64,000 bases of DNA from Lama glama (lineage: Eukaryota). The position numbers and the translations under genes were made by a program. Position 1 is the stretch's first letter; each line of letters opens with the position of its first letter. Below are positions 35,501 through 48,539 of this stretch, in pieces. The DNA lies in contig CM052818.1 of assembly GCA_028534125.1 (NCBI GenBank), forward strand, positions 44,952,001 to 45,016,000. Direction: 5' to 3'. A model generated the notes under the pieces. That model was not told the origin of the DNA, made no database searches, and saw nothing but the letters and a program-made list of their open reading frames with translations.

Positions 35501-35736
35501 AGCACTGTATGACAGTGCTGAATATTATGCTTGGGGGGCCTCTCCGTGATTCCCTTCCCCATAATAATGAATTTTGTTTGGAACTGTAATAACTTATGAA
35601 CTGCATGGTTTAGATAATCATAAATATTTGATCAGCTGTCCCCTTGAACGAAAATCATACCCCCCTGATTTTTTAAAAATTTTGTTGCATCTTTGTAGTA
35701 ATGTAATTGTATTTTATGCCTGCTTTTTATATTAAA

Positions 35737-35746
35737 AATAAATAAA
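35737..35746 (+). terminator. Probable distal ROCK2 polyadenylation signal (overlapping AATAAATAAA)
   Basis: Preceded by TGTA motifs and T-rich sequence, followed by a T-rich downstream element. Confidence 0.65.
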
Positions 35747-36630
35747 AGAAATTGAGACAAGCATTTTCATACTTTTCCTGTGAAATAGTCCTGGAGTGCT
35801 GCAGCCTTCTAAAATTTACTTCCAAAATTTGCCTTCCCTAAGATGGGTATCGCAAATAAGCCTTAACTAAGGGTACAGAGTTGTAGAATCTTCAGCCCTG
35901 TCATTTAGTCCATGGAGAAACAGGAAATCGAATTTCAGCTAGGAGTCTGTGTCTGATTTAATGTCGGTATTTTAAGGGCCATGCAAACCTGAGAATCTCA
36001 TTTGAGTGTCGAGGATAAGGAAGAGGGGCAGGGTGCCTATTTTGTTAGGAATATTATGCTGACGTGGTTTTCTAGAAAGCATTTCTTTGGTAATGTGGGT
36101 TCTTTTCTAGTATACTTACTGGCTGGCTGATCTGGGACAGGTTATTCAATCTGGGCATCAATGTTTACATCTGTAAAATGGAGAATTGTTTACTTATAGG
36201 ATTGTTGGGGGATTAAATATGATAATATGTATAGAGTATCTGGAGTAGCTCAAATGTTCCCTCTCAAAGGGGAAAAATGGAGAACTTTTCATCTAAGATA
36301 GTATATTCTTAAAGGAGCTGCTTAAAGCAGTAATAAAGTATATCTAAATAAAATATTTGTTGGACTAAAAATTACACAACTTGTATTTATACTAATGGTC
36401 AGATTATAATTGCATATGAGAAAGGATTCACTTGGATTTTTTTAAATGACTAATTTTTAAAACTACAGAATGAACGATTTTTAGATACTATGTTTATACT
36501 GGTCCCAAGCAGAAGTTCTAAAAGGATTAACTGGTTTATGTTTTTTTAAACTACCGTTTACATAACTTAAAACTAATTCCATTAAAACAGTTGAGTTTTA
36601 AGAGACTCAGCAGAGTTCAAAATATGAAAG

Positions 36631-36636
36631 TTTATT
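36631..36636 (-). terminator. Probable SLC66A3 polyadenylation signal
   Basis: TTTATT on + (AATAAA on -) about 1 kb past the SLC66A3 stop; ATTAAA on - at 36681-36686. Confidence 0.55.
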
Positions 36637-37638
36637 TTACATAAGAAACAAACATTTTATAATAAACATTATTTACTGCATTTAATAATGCCATTTAATT
36701 ATTAGGGGAAAGAGAGGTTTTAAATGTTAGGGTTTATAAGTCTTTACAGGAAAATACAGTGTACAATAATCTTAACATTATGCTTAGAGTATGATACTTT
36801 GAGAATAAAATCCATGAGAACTTGGCAGAACCTAGCAATATCCTTTACTGCACATATTTTCAATAGACAAAACCTGGTAGAGGTCAGCTATATTTTGTAC
36901 CAGATTCCAGTAGCAGTAATTGTATAGGTGTGGCCCTTTTAAAAATGGCAGCATCGTGCTGGAATCAAAGTATATTAGGATTGCCTCATCAATAGACTGC
37001 AAGTACCTTTTGTTAGGAATTACGTAAAGGCACAGTATGACGTTAAAGGACTCCTTTGGTGTATGAAGGCAAGCCAGTAACATTTTCACTTGCCTTGGTA
37101 TGCTTGCTAGAGCCTAAGGAGGTATGATATGGTATTATGATACAGTAAGGCCTTCCTGTTATATCTGTATTACAATTAAACATTAGTACCAGAAAGTGAA
37201 CCCTGGTAATTTGTTACAATTCCACTCTGGGCAAAATTCCACTCCATTCGTGTTCATTTGTGTTGTGGAGAGGATTGATTTCTTAAAAGATCCTGAAAGC
37301 TGAAAAGGAGATGTAGTTAGCTCTTTGGAGAAACTTAATCATGACTGAGAATGAGAGTCATAGCAATCTCTTCAAAATGGGCTTCTTGGAAGACTTCCAC
37401 CAATCACCAACCTTCTCCAAACTGCAGATGTCTGAGCCCCACCTTAACCTAATGAAATGGGGAAGGGGAGGGGAACTGACACTTTCAAACAAGGTTTTTT
37501 AAGTGGGCTCTTTCAAGTCTAAAATACCTTTGGCATGCATGATTGGCTAAATTTATAAAAGACCTTGATTTAGCAATGAGCTTTTTTTCCTTTGGTTCAG
37601 TTATTTGAAATCCACTTAGTGTAGGAATAATGTATCCA

Positions 37639-37730
37639 TCATTCAGCCTTGACAGCGGTCTTCCGGTAGCGAAGTACTGTAGCTGTTACCCACATATTTA
37701 AAGCCAGCATGATCAGGAAACGTAGAAGAA
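37639..37730 (-). CDS. SLC66A3: SLC66A3 exon 7 (coding part)
   Basis: tctcag|TT; LLRFLIMLALNMWVTATVLRYRKTAVKAE*. Confidence 0.94.
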
Positions 37731-40700
37731 CTGAGATCAGTCAAAAAAAAAGAGAAAGTGTGTGTTAAGGAATACTGTTGTCACATAATGAAACAAAATC
37801 AGCTCCTGCTCTAAGTAGAAGCCAAAACAAAGCTTCCCTCCACAAATGAAATAACTATGGACCATGTGAACTGTTGAGAAACTGTTCAATGTATCTTTGT
37901 AGTTATAAAACACTTTTAAGATAGCTAAACTGTTTTTTAACGGTTATTCCCAGATACACTGATCACTTTCAGGAACCGCTGTCACCTTAGATACAAAACA
38001 AATCAATTAGAACAGTCTCGACTTTTCAATTTTTAACACATAGATTTGTTGTGTTGTTTAATTATGGTTGACTCTTCTTTCTAAACAGAAAATTCTTCAA
38101 GTTCTGTGGGGAAGACTCTGGCCTCTTTTCCCTTTCCCACTTGACCTAAGTTCATGCTTTGACCAGAACTCTAATCAAAATGCTTTCTGTCCTCTCAGAG
38201 CAGACAGAAAGCATTTGAGCCAAAGATAAAACGTCCGGGAAGGGACTAGCAAATGCTTTGTGCTGTTCTGTAGCAATATTTCTCAAATAACAATTAACGT
38301 ATTTGAAAGGTCTACACATGAGGGACATAGTTCTAGTCTTCATAGAATAGGTGACACCATCTGTTTGAATCACTTTTCCAAAATGTATATGCCTGATTTG
38401 GGATTTGAAAACCCAGCCTAAGGAATTAGAAAACTCTTTTTAGGTTAGCCCAAGTATATTTTATTTTCTCCTCGGTCACAGTATCCCTTTAAAAGTAACA
38501 GAACAAGGACATGGAGTCAAATGATTATGCCACGCCCCTGCATTCAAAAGCCTTCCTGCTGCCTGTGTGCAATTCTGAGGCTCTGGACAATTTGGCCGCT
38601 ACCACTTCCTTCCCCCTCTTTAGACTCACCCCCACACTCTCACTCCAGCCCGACTGGTACTCTCTCCAAGGCTGAGTCCGCGCACATGCTGCTCCTTGTA
38701 GCAGTCTCTCCCCTCTTCCAGGTCTCACTCTTACTCCAATTAATCTTCCCAGCTCCCTCCAAACAGGTCACATTCCCCTGTTAGGTGCTCATCCTGTCCT
38801 GTTCTTTCAAAATACATTTCCCAATGTTTTTCAGTAGTTAATCGTGTGATTATGTCAGTGTTCATTTCCACTGCTGGAGTGGAAGCTTTATGAAGAAAGG
38901 AATCTACTATCTTGTGCATATTCTATCCCAGGCACCGCAAATCGATGCTTAATACTATAAATGGTGACTGATAAAGACCAGTAATATATTGTTGCTGGCC
39001 TCCAGTGGGGCCAAGTGGATCTGTTAAACCCTAAGACGAGATACAAATGAAGGAGGCACAAATGGCATAGAATTTGAAAAGGAAGTGGGCAGAAAAATAT
39101 TTTGCTTACTTGTAAGATCGTTGGTGGTCATTAAAGTTGTTATTATTCTGGCTGTAAAAGAAAATTTTCAGCAATCAGTATTAACTTGCTTCTCAGACAT
39201 TTTGGTATTTAGCTAATATCTATTTTAAATCCCAGAATATATGCTAACTGTTTTTAAAAGGTTTGGGTAGAAGAGGATCCTGGATGGAGAAACTGGTTCT
39301 TTAAAATACAGAAAAAAACATGAAGAAGTGTAACTCAAATATCTAAATTAATAAAGCTAATCAACATGATAGCTCTGATTTTTTTAATGTTCCTACCTAA
39401 ATATAGCATATGCATTTAAGATAGTTCCTGCAAGAATCCAAATGAACAGAGGAAATTCTAAAGTTGAGGCTAAACATTGTGGCTCCAGAAAAACTCCACT
39501 GCTGCAAACTATGTTTTTTTCTCAAAAGCCAATGTATGATTCTCATCTCTTTAATCTGTTACATCATAAACATTCATATTTTTTTAAACAAGTTAGTGGC
39601 TACAATATATCATGCTTTTCAAACAAGAGAGTACTGTTAATATTACGCCAGATTTTTGGAGAAAAGTGTGCTTTCACTTTTTTTTTTAGCAACTGGAATA
39701 CAGATCTTGCATAAAATGCAGAGTGGTATGCATTAAATTAGCCTTGTGAATGTGGATATACTAGGAAGTTCTATCTGAATAGCTATTTGCAAAGGATTAA
39801 AGCTCAAGGGACTACGACACTTAGACACCAAGTTAATGCACTCCTGGGTAGACACCCCACGCTGGCAAAGGGTACCCCCCCATTAGAGTCACGGTCTTAC
39901 TCGCAGAGGTGTACGAAGCGAGGCCCCACGTCAGCGCGCTCACGGCCCCCGAGTCCCTGGTCTTCCACAGGTATTGGAGCTGAGCAAACTTACTGGCCGC
40001 ACTGATGAAAGTACATAAATTCTGTTTGCAGATAAAACAGGGGAAAGTTAGGAGTCCCTTAGTTTCAAAAGCAAAAGAGCACCAGATACTGAAAGCGCTT
40101 TTGAAACTCAATTTTCATGTCAAGTAATAAGCAACTAATACAAGGGCAAAAATCAAGTTTAGTGATGGAGACTGGGTGCCACAGTGGGGCATTTATGGAC
40201 ACCCTACCAATGCCACTGCTCAGTGTGCAACTTAACTGGCGGGCTGCAGCTGGTTTGAAGCTGAGAGAAAAAAGAACCCGCACGGCCACACAGGCTTATC
40301 TGTCCCCACCTGCCAATAACAAAGGGACATACAGATATTACTGTGTTTTTAGAACCTGGAGAGAAACTACGCTGCTGTGAACTGACAGACTCATAAACTC
40401 AAAGGAGCGAGCTGAGCTATCCTAATGGACCCACAGGTGAGGCTGGGGGCCTCTGCTCCCCCAGGGGTAAGGGACCTTCACGTTGCCGCTGCACCACACA
40501 GCACCCTCCACCCTGAGCAGGGCCCAGGCTGCCATTTGCTAGTCTCTCCATCAGCTGAAACACCCCCTTCAGCTGCCAGGTTGAGTGGAGCCCAAAGGGA
40601 GACAAAGTGGAAGCAGGAGACTGGCTAGCAAGAGCCGAAGTCATCCAAGTCTGCACGGGGAGGTGGAAACAGAGCAGGTGAGGGGTGTTCTGATTCCGGG

Positions 40701-43700
40701 TATATTTTGAAGGTAAAGCTGATAGGATTTGCTGAGGGATTAGCTATGGGATGTGAGGAAAAGAGAAATCAAGGGTGATTCCAAGCTCCAATGTTTCTGG
40801 TCTTCGTAAGTGGAAGAATGGAGCCGCCATTAAGGGACTTGAAGCTGCAGGAGGCGCAGACCTGCAGGAGGGGCGCAGGCCGGAGACCAGAAGCTCGGTG
40901 CTGCCAGGTGACCTCGGAGAGTCCTGCACCTGAGCTTGGGGGAGCTGGCACAGAGTGTGCTGGGGCCTGGGGCCTCTCACTGAAGAAGCGGGGAGATGAG
41001 GCGGAACAGCAGAGACACCAGGGAGGAGCAGGCAAAAGGAACACCAGGATGGAGATGCCCTAGAAGCCACGTGAACAAAGTGGTTCAGGGAGAAATCGAT
41101 CTACAGAGTCCAATGCTACAGAGATGAGGGATGAGAAGGCCGCCGGCTTCAGCATGATGTGGCTGGTGTCCCTGACCATCTCCCGTCTCCTCAGAAGGAC
41201 AGCTCCGTGGAGGGGGAGCCAGGTCCCCTGCACCTGGATCAGTGCTGGCAGGTGGCTGGCACCGATAAGCCCTTGTTGAGTGACTAAATCCTTAACAGCA
41301 ATGCAGCCTGGCAAATGCAATGATGTAAGTGAACGCGGGAGTTGGGGAGGAGAGATGACGGGAAGAATGGCAGAGAAGGTGACAGTAGGGCATGCTCCCC
41401 GGCAGATGATGGGTTAGGGCCTGGGTTACACTGGGAGCTAGCTGATGGCTCAGAGGGCTGAGCCCAAGTGGGGGGACCTGTAAGGAAAGAGGCTCCTGTG
41501 CAATTTGGGTGACCTGAATAGACAGAGGAGGGAGGAATGAGAGGCAAGGTGGGCACACAGGACTGACACGTGCAGGTGAGGGGGCGGGAGGTCTCCATCT
41601 GTGGACTTAAGAAGGACGCTGTTCACTCGCATCAGGGGAAGGACCATGTGATGGTAGATCAGTGGCAGACAGCCCACCAGCGCCTGCTACACACTCTACC
41701 AGATGTGCCTTCCAGGAGAAAACACCATCTTTACAATCATGAAGCAGCTTCCTTTGGGGAGAAAAACAAGGCCTGGACAGTCTTATTATACACGTTCAAG
41801 TGCAGATTACCAGGTTTTCCCACAGCACAGAGTCTCGCAGAGAACAGGCCTGGAAAGGAGAAGCATGCTTAGGCTGCTGTGCGCGTAACTACTTTAATCA
41901 TACCGTTCTGTGAATAACGCTGTGAATGTGAATTATCCATTGATCTGATGGTGAAAGCACAGTTTAGGACTTCCGTGGAAACCACGTGTCGGTCCAAGTT
42001 GGGACTTGCTTTAGAAAGCAGCAGAACTGTAACTTCTATAACTTGGGTTTTTCATGAATTCAAACAGCACCCCTCCCCTGCAGGATCCTAGGGTTTTCTG
42101 CCCCGTGTGAGCTCTGAAACCTGACCTCTTTCTCCTCCAAGACCCTCAAGCCACCACCTTGTCGCGAGGACCCAGAGTAGGTGCCCGGAACAGTTTTGTG
42201 GACAGTGGCGGCTCAGGGCCGAGTGTGCAGCCCATGCCTGAAGTGTGAACTAGTGGAGCATCAACATGTGGTCAGAACAAAGCAGCCACTGAGAAGGGAA
42301 CAGAAGAAACGAAAACCCTAAGCCTTGGACCTTTGGACCTGATCCCTGACGAGCCTATACTATAATATTCCCGAATGTTCTTAAGGGTGAAGGCTCACTG
42401 CAGCCGTGTGACAGCCTAATCCCCCCAGCAACAGGACCTGCACCCACATGACCACAGTAGCAGCTCCAAAGAGCTTAGAGATGACCTATTTGTAGGGCAG
42501 CCAGATGAAGCAAATAAAAATACAGAACACTCCAGTTAAATCTGAACTTCAGATCAATGACAAATCATTTTTTGGCATAAGTATGTCCCGTGCAATATTT
42601 GAAATGTAATTCTACTGAAAAATGATTCATTGTTAAGCTGGTCACCCTACTTCTCTGCTCTCTGCAGGTCACAAGGTTGAGAGTCAAGTCTACTTTCCAA
42701 GATAGGGTCACAGACAAGATGTTGAGGGGAGAAAATGGGGCGAAATGCCCAGGTTAGGGTCTGGCGGGCAGCGACCACTGATTATTTCTGCTCCTTCTTT
42801 TCCCGATGGGTGGAGAAGTTTACATCAGTTGCCTTGGAGAGAAGATCTGTGGTCGAATGTTTCCTGACCCACCCATGACCAGAATCCTAGTCTCACAGCA
42901 TGGAATTTCTGGCCCTTAACCAAGGAAGGAAACAAGTATAGGGCTTACCCTTTTCCAATGAAAGAAAAAAAATATCTGGAGGCCAAAGTTAGAAAAATAA
43001 TGAGTTTGTGGCCCATATGTAATTATTAACCTGATAATAACTCCAAATGCTTTAATTTATGCTCAGTTCTTCATTCTACTCGACCTCCCTCTCCAATCTG
43101 GTTCCCTAGAGCCCCCCAAAGAAGAAGTTAAAAAAAAAAATCTCCTGTACATTTAAATGAGAATATGATCTTTTAATATTTGGTTAGCACTGTGCTTTCA
43201 GCCCATTATTCTTTGGTACAGAGGGAAAATGAGCCGGTGGAATCTTCGATCTCTAAAGTTCTTCACAGAGCAGGTGACATGGAAAGAAGAGACAAGACAG
43301 ACGGCTGTGTACACACTCGCTTGTCCCGGAGCGCTTTACTCACCATGGCCAGATCTAAGATCCACTTCTGCAGGGTGAGGATGAACCAAGAAGACACATA
43401 GCTTACCAAGTGCTAAGGGAGGAAACTGTGGCTCGGCTGGCAGCTCCACCCCCGCCCCCAGCCCCGAGCTCACGGAAACAAACCGGACCACAGACATTAC
43501 CACATAAGCCCAGTGTGGAACTGGAAGTGGCTCTGCTAGGACTTGTCCGACTTGGAAAAGACAAAAATGGTTCAAGTGAACACCTGCTAGGAGTCCAGAA
43601 GCACAGAAGCAGATTATGGAAGAAAATGACAAAGAATCCTCTGTTCATGGACACATCCCAGGGTTGGGATCATTCCATATGACTTTAACTGCCTGCTTAA

Positions 43701-46700
43701 TTCTGGACCATGCAGACCTCTCTCCAGGGTAATGTCCAAAGTTAGGCACTTAGGTTCAAGTTAAAAAGCAGGCATGTTCTGCAAAACTGGTGTCATGTGG
43801 AACTGCTTACTGATTTTCCCCTTTCCCACCAACTCCAGTGTCAAAATAACACAGCTGGGGTGAGCCACGCTGGGAATCGCGGGAGTGATATCTGATTTTC
43901 ACAAGCTCAGTGAGCCCAGCTAGAGAAGCAGAAGCCACACAGGGAGGTAGTGGCCAGGCCAGTGAGGGGACGGCCAGGAGCCTGTGCTGTGACCTTGGGC
44001 AAGTCATTCTCCTTCTCTTGTCCTCGGTTTGCTTATGTGCAAAATGGATTTATTTCTTGCCCTGTCTACCTTCTCACTGCTTTGTGGCACATCGTAGGGA
44101 CCCAACAAGTTGCTATGATTATAATTAATAATATTACTTAAATGAAGGGATTGAAATCGACAATGCCTTGTGCTCTAAGTCAGCAGAATTGAATATTAGC
44201 AACCTGGTCAAGACCAGAAAGGCAGCCTGGATCTAGGTGGATGAGATCTTCTTTTTCCAACTGTCTCTAATCCAAATTTCAAACTAATGTTGCTCAATTT
44301 TGTACCATCGCACTTCATTCCAAGTGTACATGTTGGACAACTGGACCAGCCGGAGCAGCTCTGGAGAGCCTAGAGACGACCTATTTGTAGGGCAACCAGA
44401 ACGAGCAAGTAAAAACATAGGACACCCAGCTGAATCTGAATTTCAGATCAACAACAAATAATATTTTAGCCTAAGTATGTCCTATATAATATCTGGAACA
44501 TATTACTACTTTAAAAAATGCATCACTAATAGGGCCGCCCTACTTACTCGCTCTCCGTAAGCACAACAGGCAGGAGGTAACAGACATCCTGCTGATCCTA
44601 CAGGGCTGGCATCAGCACCTGCCTCAGCGTTTGCTCAAAGATAAGCTGTTGCATTTTACTTAAAGAGTAAATCACACAATGCTTTTCATCTTAAAGTACT
44701 CTGTTTTCAAAAACCCTTAACCAGCTGGGGCTGACCTTGAAGGGTTGAGGGCCAGTACAGCTGTGTGACCCCTCTTTCTGTAGAGGGAAATTGAGTCAGG
44801 GGCTTACAACCTGATCAAACAGCAGAGGGTCACGTCTCAGCCACAGCCAGGCTTCTAGCACAGGAGCCACCAAGCCCCTCCCTGCCACTTCCTCAGTTTG
44901 TCTTGTGCTCCTGGTACTTTAGTTCCGGAAACAACACTGACAGGCAGGCATCATTATCCCACTTCACAGGCGGGGCACCTGCAGCTTAGAGGGCTGGGCT
45001 CGTGGCATGTGCCCCAGGCCACCCAGGGGGTGGGGACACGGGGAGTGTCCCACCAATCCATGCCACCCTCTCATGGTGCTCAGGGCAGACAGGGCCCAGG
45101 CGGCACCTCCCCTCCCTTTTTCCTCCACCCTGAAGATGTATAAATAAACAGCTCAGATCATCTCACAGATCTGGCAGAATGAACTGCCTGCCATTCAAAA
45201 GGCTTTCTTAGCCTTATAAAGAGAGTGAAGTTTAGCAGGAGAATAATGGAGTTTCTACAAAGAGAGTTAAAATGAAATCCTGGCCCTCATTCGTGGAAGA
45301 CGCTGTGTGAGTGTGAAAGGGACATGTCTGTGTGTGACCAGGCCCCACTGAGACCCTCCTAATGTCTTGACTTTCACTTTGAACCAGCCTTCGGGAGCCC
45401 AGACCCGCCCACTAACAGGCAGTAAGCAGCCAGCGGTCCAGGTGTGTCAGCAGCATGGTGTTAAAGGCCAGACCCACTCATTATTATGCAGGGACATTTT
45501 CAGGGCAGGAAGAAATATCTCCCTTCCACTCAAGAATACAGTTAGACAGTGTCGCTTTTAGCAGGGATGCTTCTGCAAGTCAGCACGCTCAGGTACTAAG
45601 TTTACATCCCACTTGGTGGGTCAGGGACCCGTGGGGTGGCCTGGTCTCCGAGGCGAGGGCCCCGGGCAGGGACTGTCCTAGGGCATCGCTGGGCTGTGGA
45701 GGCATATTCGCTCACACGGAATACTGCACTGGAGATTTCTTGTTCTTTCCTTTAACCAAAGAACATATAGCCGGTAAAGGACTCCGTGTAGTAAGTAACA
45801 CACCCTATTAGCAAAGAACACCTCCAGTCCCACCTCTGACTCTCAGATACTGAAAGGAGAGACAGCACGAATCTCTCTTTTTTTTAAAATAGAGGTACTG
45901 GGGGATTGAACCCAGGGCTTCATGCATGCTAAGCATTAGCTCCACCACTGAGCTCTACCCCACCCTTCAGATGCCGAAAGGATACAGGGCGATGTATGGT
46001 GCTGCCCGTTTCACATCCCCGTTGAAATGGAAGACACACAGCAGGAGGATGAGATCTGAAAGGAAGGGCTTCAAGTGAGGGGAAGGAGGGGCCCCAAAGG
46101 CCACGGGTGGGCACGGGGGAGGGGCAGGAGGCGGTTACCTTGTGCGATGAGAATGGGGTACTCCAGGTAGGTCAGCAGCGGGTACTCATAGTACCACTGG
46201 TACCGGAGGAACACCAGGAACCTGGGGAGAGAGGGGCACAGCTGAGCTCGGACTGACCCAACACAAAGCAGGGAGGCCTGGCCACCACCACAGGTTTGTT
46301 TGCAAAACCTTAGAACTGGCAGTTGGAGTCTGCAAATGTCAGGGAGGGAGACGGAGAACAAGAAGGATGACGTAATAATTTAATCACCTCCATGAGTTTT
46401 GGAGCATCCGGGACTGGCTGGGCACGGGTGTCTGTCAAGTCCCTTAGGATGTCACTTACAGGTGACTTTAACGGAGGGCAAACCACTGACCAGGACTAGA
46501 AGAGACTAAACCCAGGTCTCCCTGTCTCTAAAGCTGGGTTCTTTTGAGGCCCCAGGCAGCCCCCTTAGAAGGTCGCACCCAAGAAGCTGCACAGGCCAAG
46601 GACGTCTGAGGGGGCAAGAGCCATCCCTGGATGGGAGTCCTAGCAGGGCTTGTAAGGGGCTGGGCCTCTCAGGCACAGGAGTGCTGGGAGACCATGTTTA

Positions 46701-48539
46701 GAAGAGGAACGACATCCCTAGCTGATTCTAGTGGCTTTCCAGAATGCTGCCCAGCCTGGTGGTGGGGAAAAGATATGGGGACTCTTCAGTTCCTTTAAGA
46801 AAATTCAAGCTCTGGAGAGGCGGGGCTTGGAAGGAGGGAGGGATATAGACCCCAGAATCCAGCTCTTCTCAGAAGAGCTTCCTGCCTTCCCAGCTCACAC
46901 CCTGGCCAGTCAGCTTCCTCAGAATCCAAATCTCCACGCTGTCCCTTCAGAGTCTCTGTCCCACCACCCAAGCTGTGAGGATCCCTCGGGCCCCTGGCTC
47001 CCCCAGAGTGAGTCAGAAGCTCCACAGACCTTCTGGACTCAGTGACTCACATCTCCTTAGCCAGGAAGGGTTAAGCCTGGTATGTACCACACCCTCACAG
47101 AGGGCGGAGGGCAGAGGGTGTCTCTGTGTGACCCCAGCCAGTGCTTCCCCCTCCCCCTGCTGGCCTCAGCCACCTGCCCAGCAGGTGGAGCAGAGGGTTC
47201 CCAATCCCTGGCACCTACCTAACCTCTGGGGCCTCGGCTTCCCCACCTGTGAAATGGAAACAACAGTGCACCTATCTCATGCACTGCACCTGCACACGTG
47301 GACATTACTTAACATCATGTCTTAAGCCTCTGGCCTCACTGCTTCTAGTCCAGCCACCAGGCTTGTGCTCACAAGCCCCCCTGCCTGGAGAGCCCTTTTC
47401 TCCACGTGGCTACCTCTTCTCCCTAAGGACGCCCAAAGTGGCTCTGCTCTGTGGGTGCACATCAGGGCCTCCCTCCACCCCACTTCCCGCCCCCAAATAG
47501 TCTAAGGTTGGTCCCTCAGATGGGCGTGTCCCGGGCAGGACCCCGCAGGGCCCAGGGTGGCTCCTCACACCTCTTGGCCCCAAGGTCTCCTCGTTCTCTC
47601 TTCCTCTCCCCTGGCTTCTTTCTGGCGCTGGAAACCTGGGTCCACCAACCTTGCTGCCCCTCCGAGGAATTCTTCTCCCAAGGACTGGCCCTCAGAGCCC
47701 GGGCTGGCGAGGAGCAGCCGGGAGGGCCCGGCCTTGCAGGGTGAGAGGCTAGCCTACTGGGTTTTATGTCTTTCCGACTAAGTTTTAACTCTGCTTTTCT
47801 CGTTCAGGTCTTTAAATACTGAGTCAGCGCACCCACTTCGGATTTGGATGGATAAACTCGCTGTGGGAGCAGTCTTGGCTCTCACCTTTCAGGGGCCAGC
47901 TCAAGTTCAAGTCCTCCTCTCCCCTAAAAAGCTCTCCGTTCGCTGACACCGGCCCCCCACAAATGTGTAACTTTTAAAAGCCAGAGGGTCCTTAAAATTC
48001 ATAGTCCAACCCCTCATTTTACAGGTGAAGAAACCAAAACCCGAGAAAAGGGGCGGTGATGGGGCGTGGGTTTAGGGAGGAAGCAGCTGAGAGAGCCTCA
48101 CGTGCAAACAGCCTTGCTCAAAGCTGGATGGCTGGTTTTGCCACTAACGGGCGGAGGCAGTTTCGCCGAGTGTCGGTTTCCTCGTCTGTAAAATGGGCGT
48201 GCGCGGTCATTCGTTTCCCACTCCCCTCGCCCCCGCAAGGCTTGGGGAGCAGCAACTACTGACGGGAAGTGTGCGGCCGGGGCAAGCGCTACTCCCCGCG
48301 ACCCGGCGCTTTCGGCTCCGCTTCCCCCGCCTCTACTTTATCCGAGCCCAGGCTCCCTCCCCCGGGCTCTCGTCGGCTCCAGGCCGCCCCGGGCCTTACC
48401 CCCCCAGCTCCAGAAGTAGGCTCGGGAGGCTGATGCCCCGCGCGCTGCGCGCGCCCAGCACGGCGGAGATCTGCGGCAGCTTGAGCGCCGCGCACACGCC
48501 CAGCGTGCTCCAGTTGCAGAAGCCCAGCAGCAGCTCCAT
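37639..48539 (-). CDS. SLC66A3: Solute carrier family 66 member 3 (PQ-loop repeat-containing protein 3, PQLC3), 201 aa, 7 coding exons
   Basis: Exons on -: 48539-48400, 46221-46139, 46055-45986, 43401-43344, 40021-39901, 39151-39110, 37730-37639 (606 nt in total). Translation MELLLGFCNWSTLGVCAALKLPQISAVLGARSARGISLPSLLLELGGFLVFLRYQWYYEYPLLTYLEYPILIAQDLILLLCVFHFNG...SKFAQLQYLWKTRDSG...LRYRKTAVKAE*; PQ motif KLPQI. Confidence 0.97.
39110..39151 (-). CDS. SLC66A3: SLC66A3 exon 6
   Basis: ttacag|CC...A|gtaagc; RIITTLMTTNDLT. Confidence 0.94.
39901..40021 (-). CDS. SLC66A3: SLC66A3 exon 5
   Basis: aaacag|AAT...A|gtaaga; NLCTFISAASKFAQLQYLWKTRDSGAVSALTWGLASYTSA. Confidence 0.94.
40640..41180. mobile_element. 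LINE-2 fragment
   Basis: tatattttgaaggtaaagctgataggatttgctgagggatt...aagggtgattccaag...; boundaries approximate. Confidence 0.6.
42494..42648. mobile_element. MER53-like hAT element, copy 1 (right arm partly deleted)
   Basis: agggcagccagatgaagcaaataaaaatacag...taagtatgtcccgtgcaatattt...ggtcaccct. Confidence 0.75.
43344..43401 (-). CDS. SLC66A3: SLC66A3 exon 4
   Basis: ggtaag|C...ATG|gtgagt; YVSSWFILTLQKWILDLAM. Confidence 0.92.
44389..44541. mobile_element. MER53-like hAT element, copy 2 (similar deletion)
   Basis: agggcaaccagaacgagcaagtaaaaacatagg...taagtatgtcctatataatatct...ggccgccct. Confidence 0.75.
45878..45965 (-). mobile_element. tRNA-derived SINE (Vic-1-like)
   Basis: T tail, gaggtactgggggattgaacccaggg...ccaccactgagctctaccc. 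Confidence 0.8.
45986..46055 (-). CDS. SLC66A3: SLC66A3 exon 3
   Basis: tttcag|AT...CT|gtatcc; LILLLCVFHFNGDVKRAAPYIA. Confidence 0.93.
46139..46221 (-). CDS. SLC66A3: SLC66A3 exon 2
   Basis: ccccag|G...G|gtaacc; FLVFLRYQWYYEYPLLTYLEYPILIAQ. Confidence 0.94.

Larger units (their letters stand above)
32342..35765 (+). other. ROCK2: ROCK2 3'UTR (~3.4 kb, AU-rich, several poly(A) signals)
   Basis: Follows the stop; AATAAA at 34221, 34350, 34632, 35107 and tandem 35737/35741; 3' end inferred from the last of these. Confidence 0.7.
43402..45985 (-). other. SLC66A3: U12-type (minor spliceosome) GT-AG intron, SLC66A3 intron 3
   Basis: 5' end GTATCCTTT (45985-45977); branch-like TCCCTTAGC (43420-43412); no polypyrimidine tract before AG. 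Confidence 0.88.
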
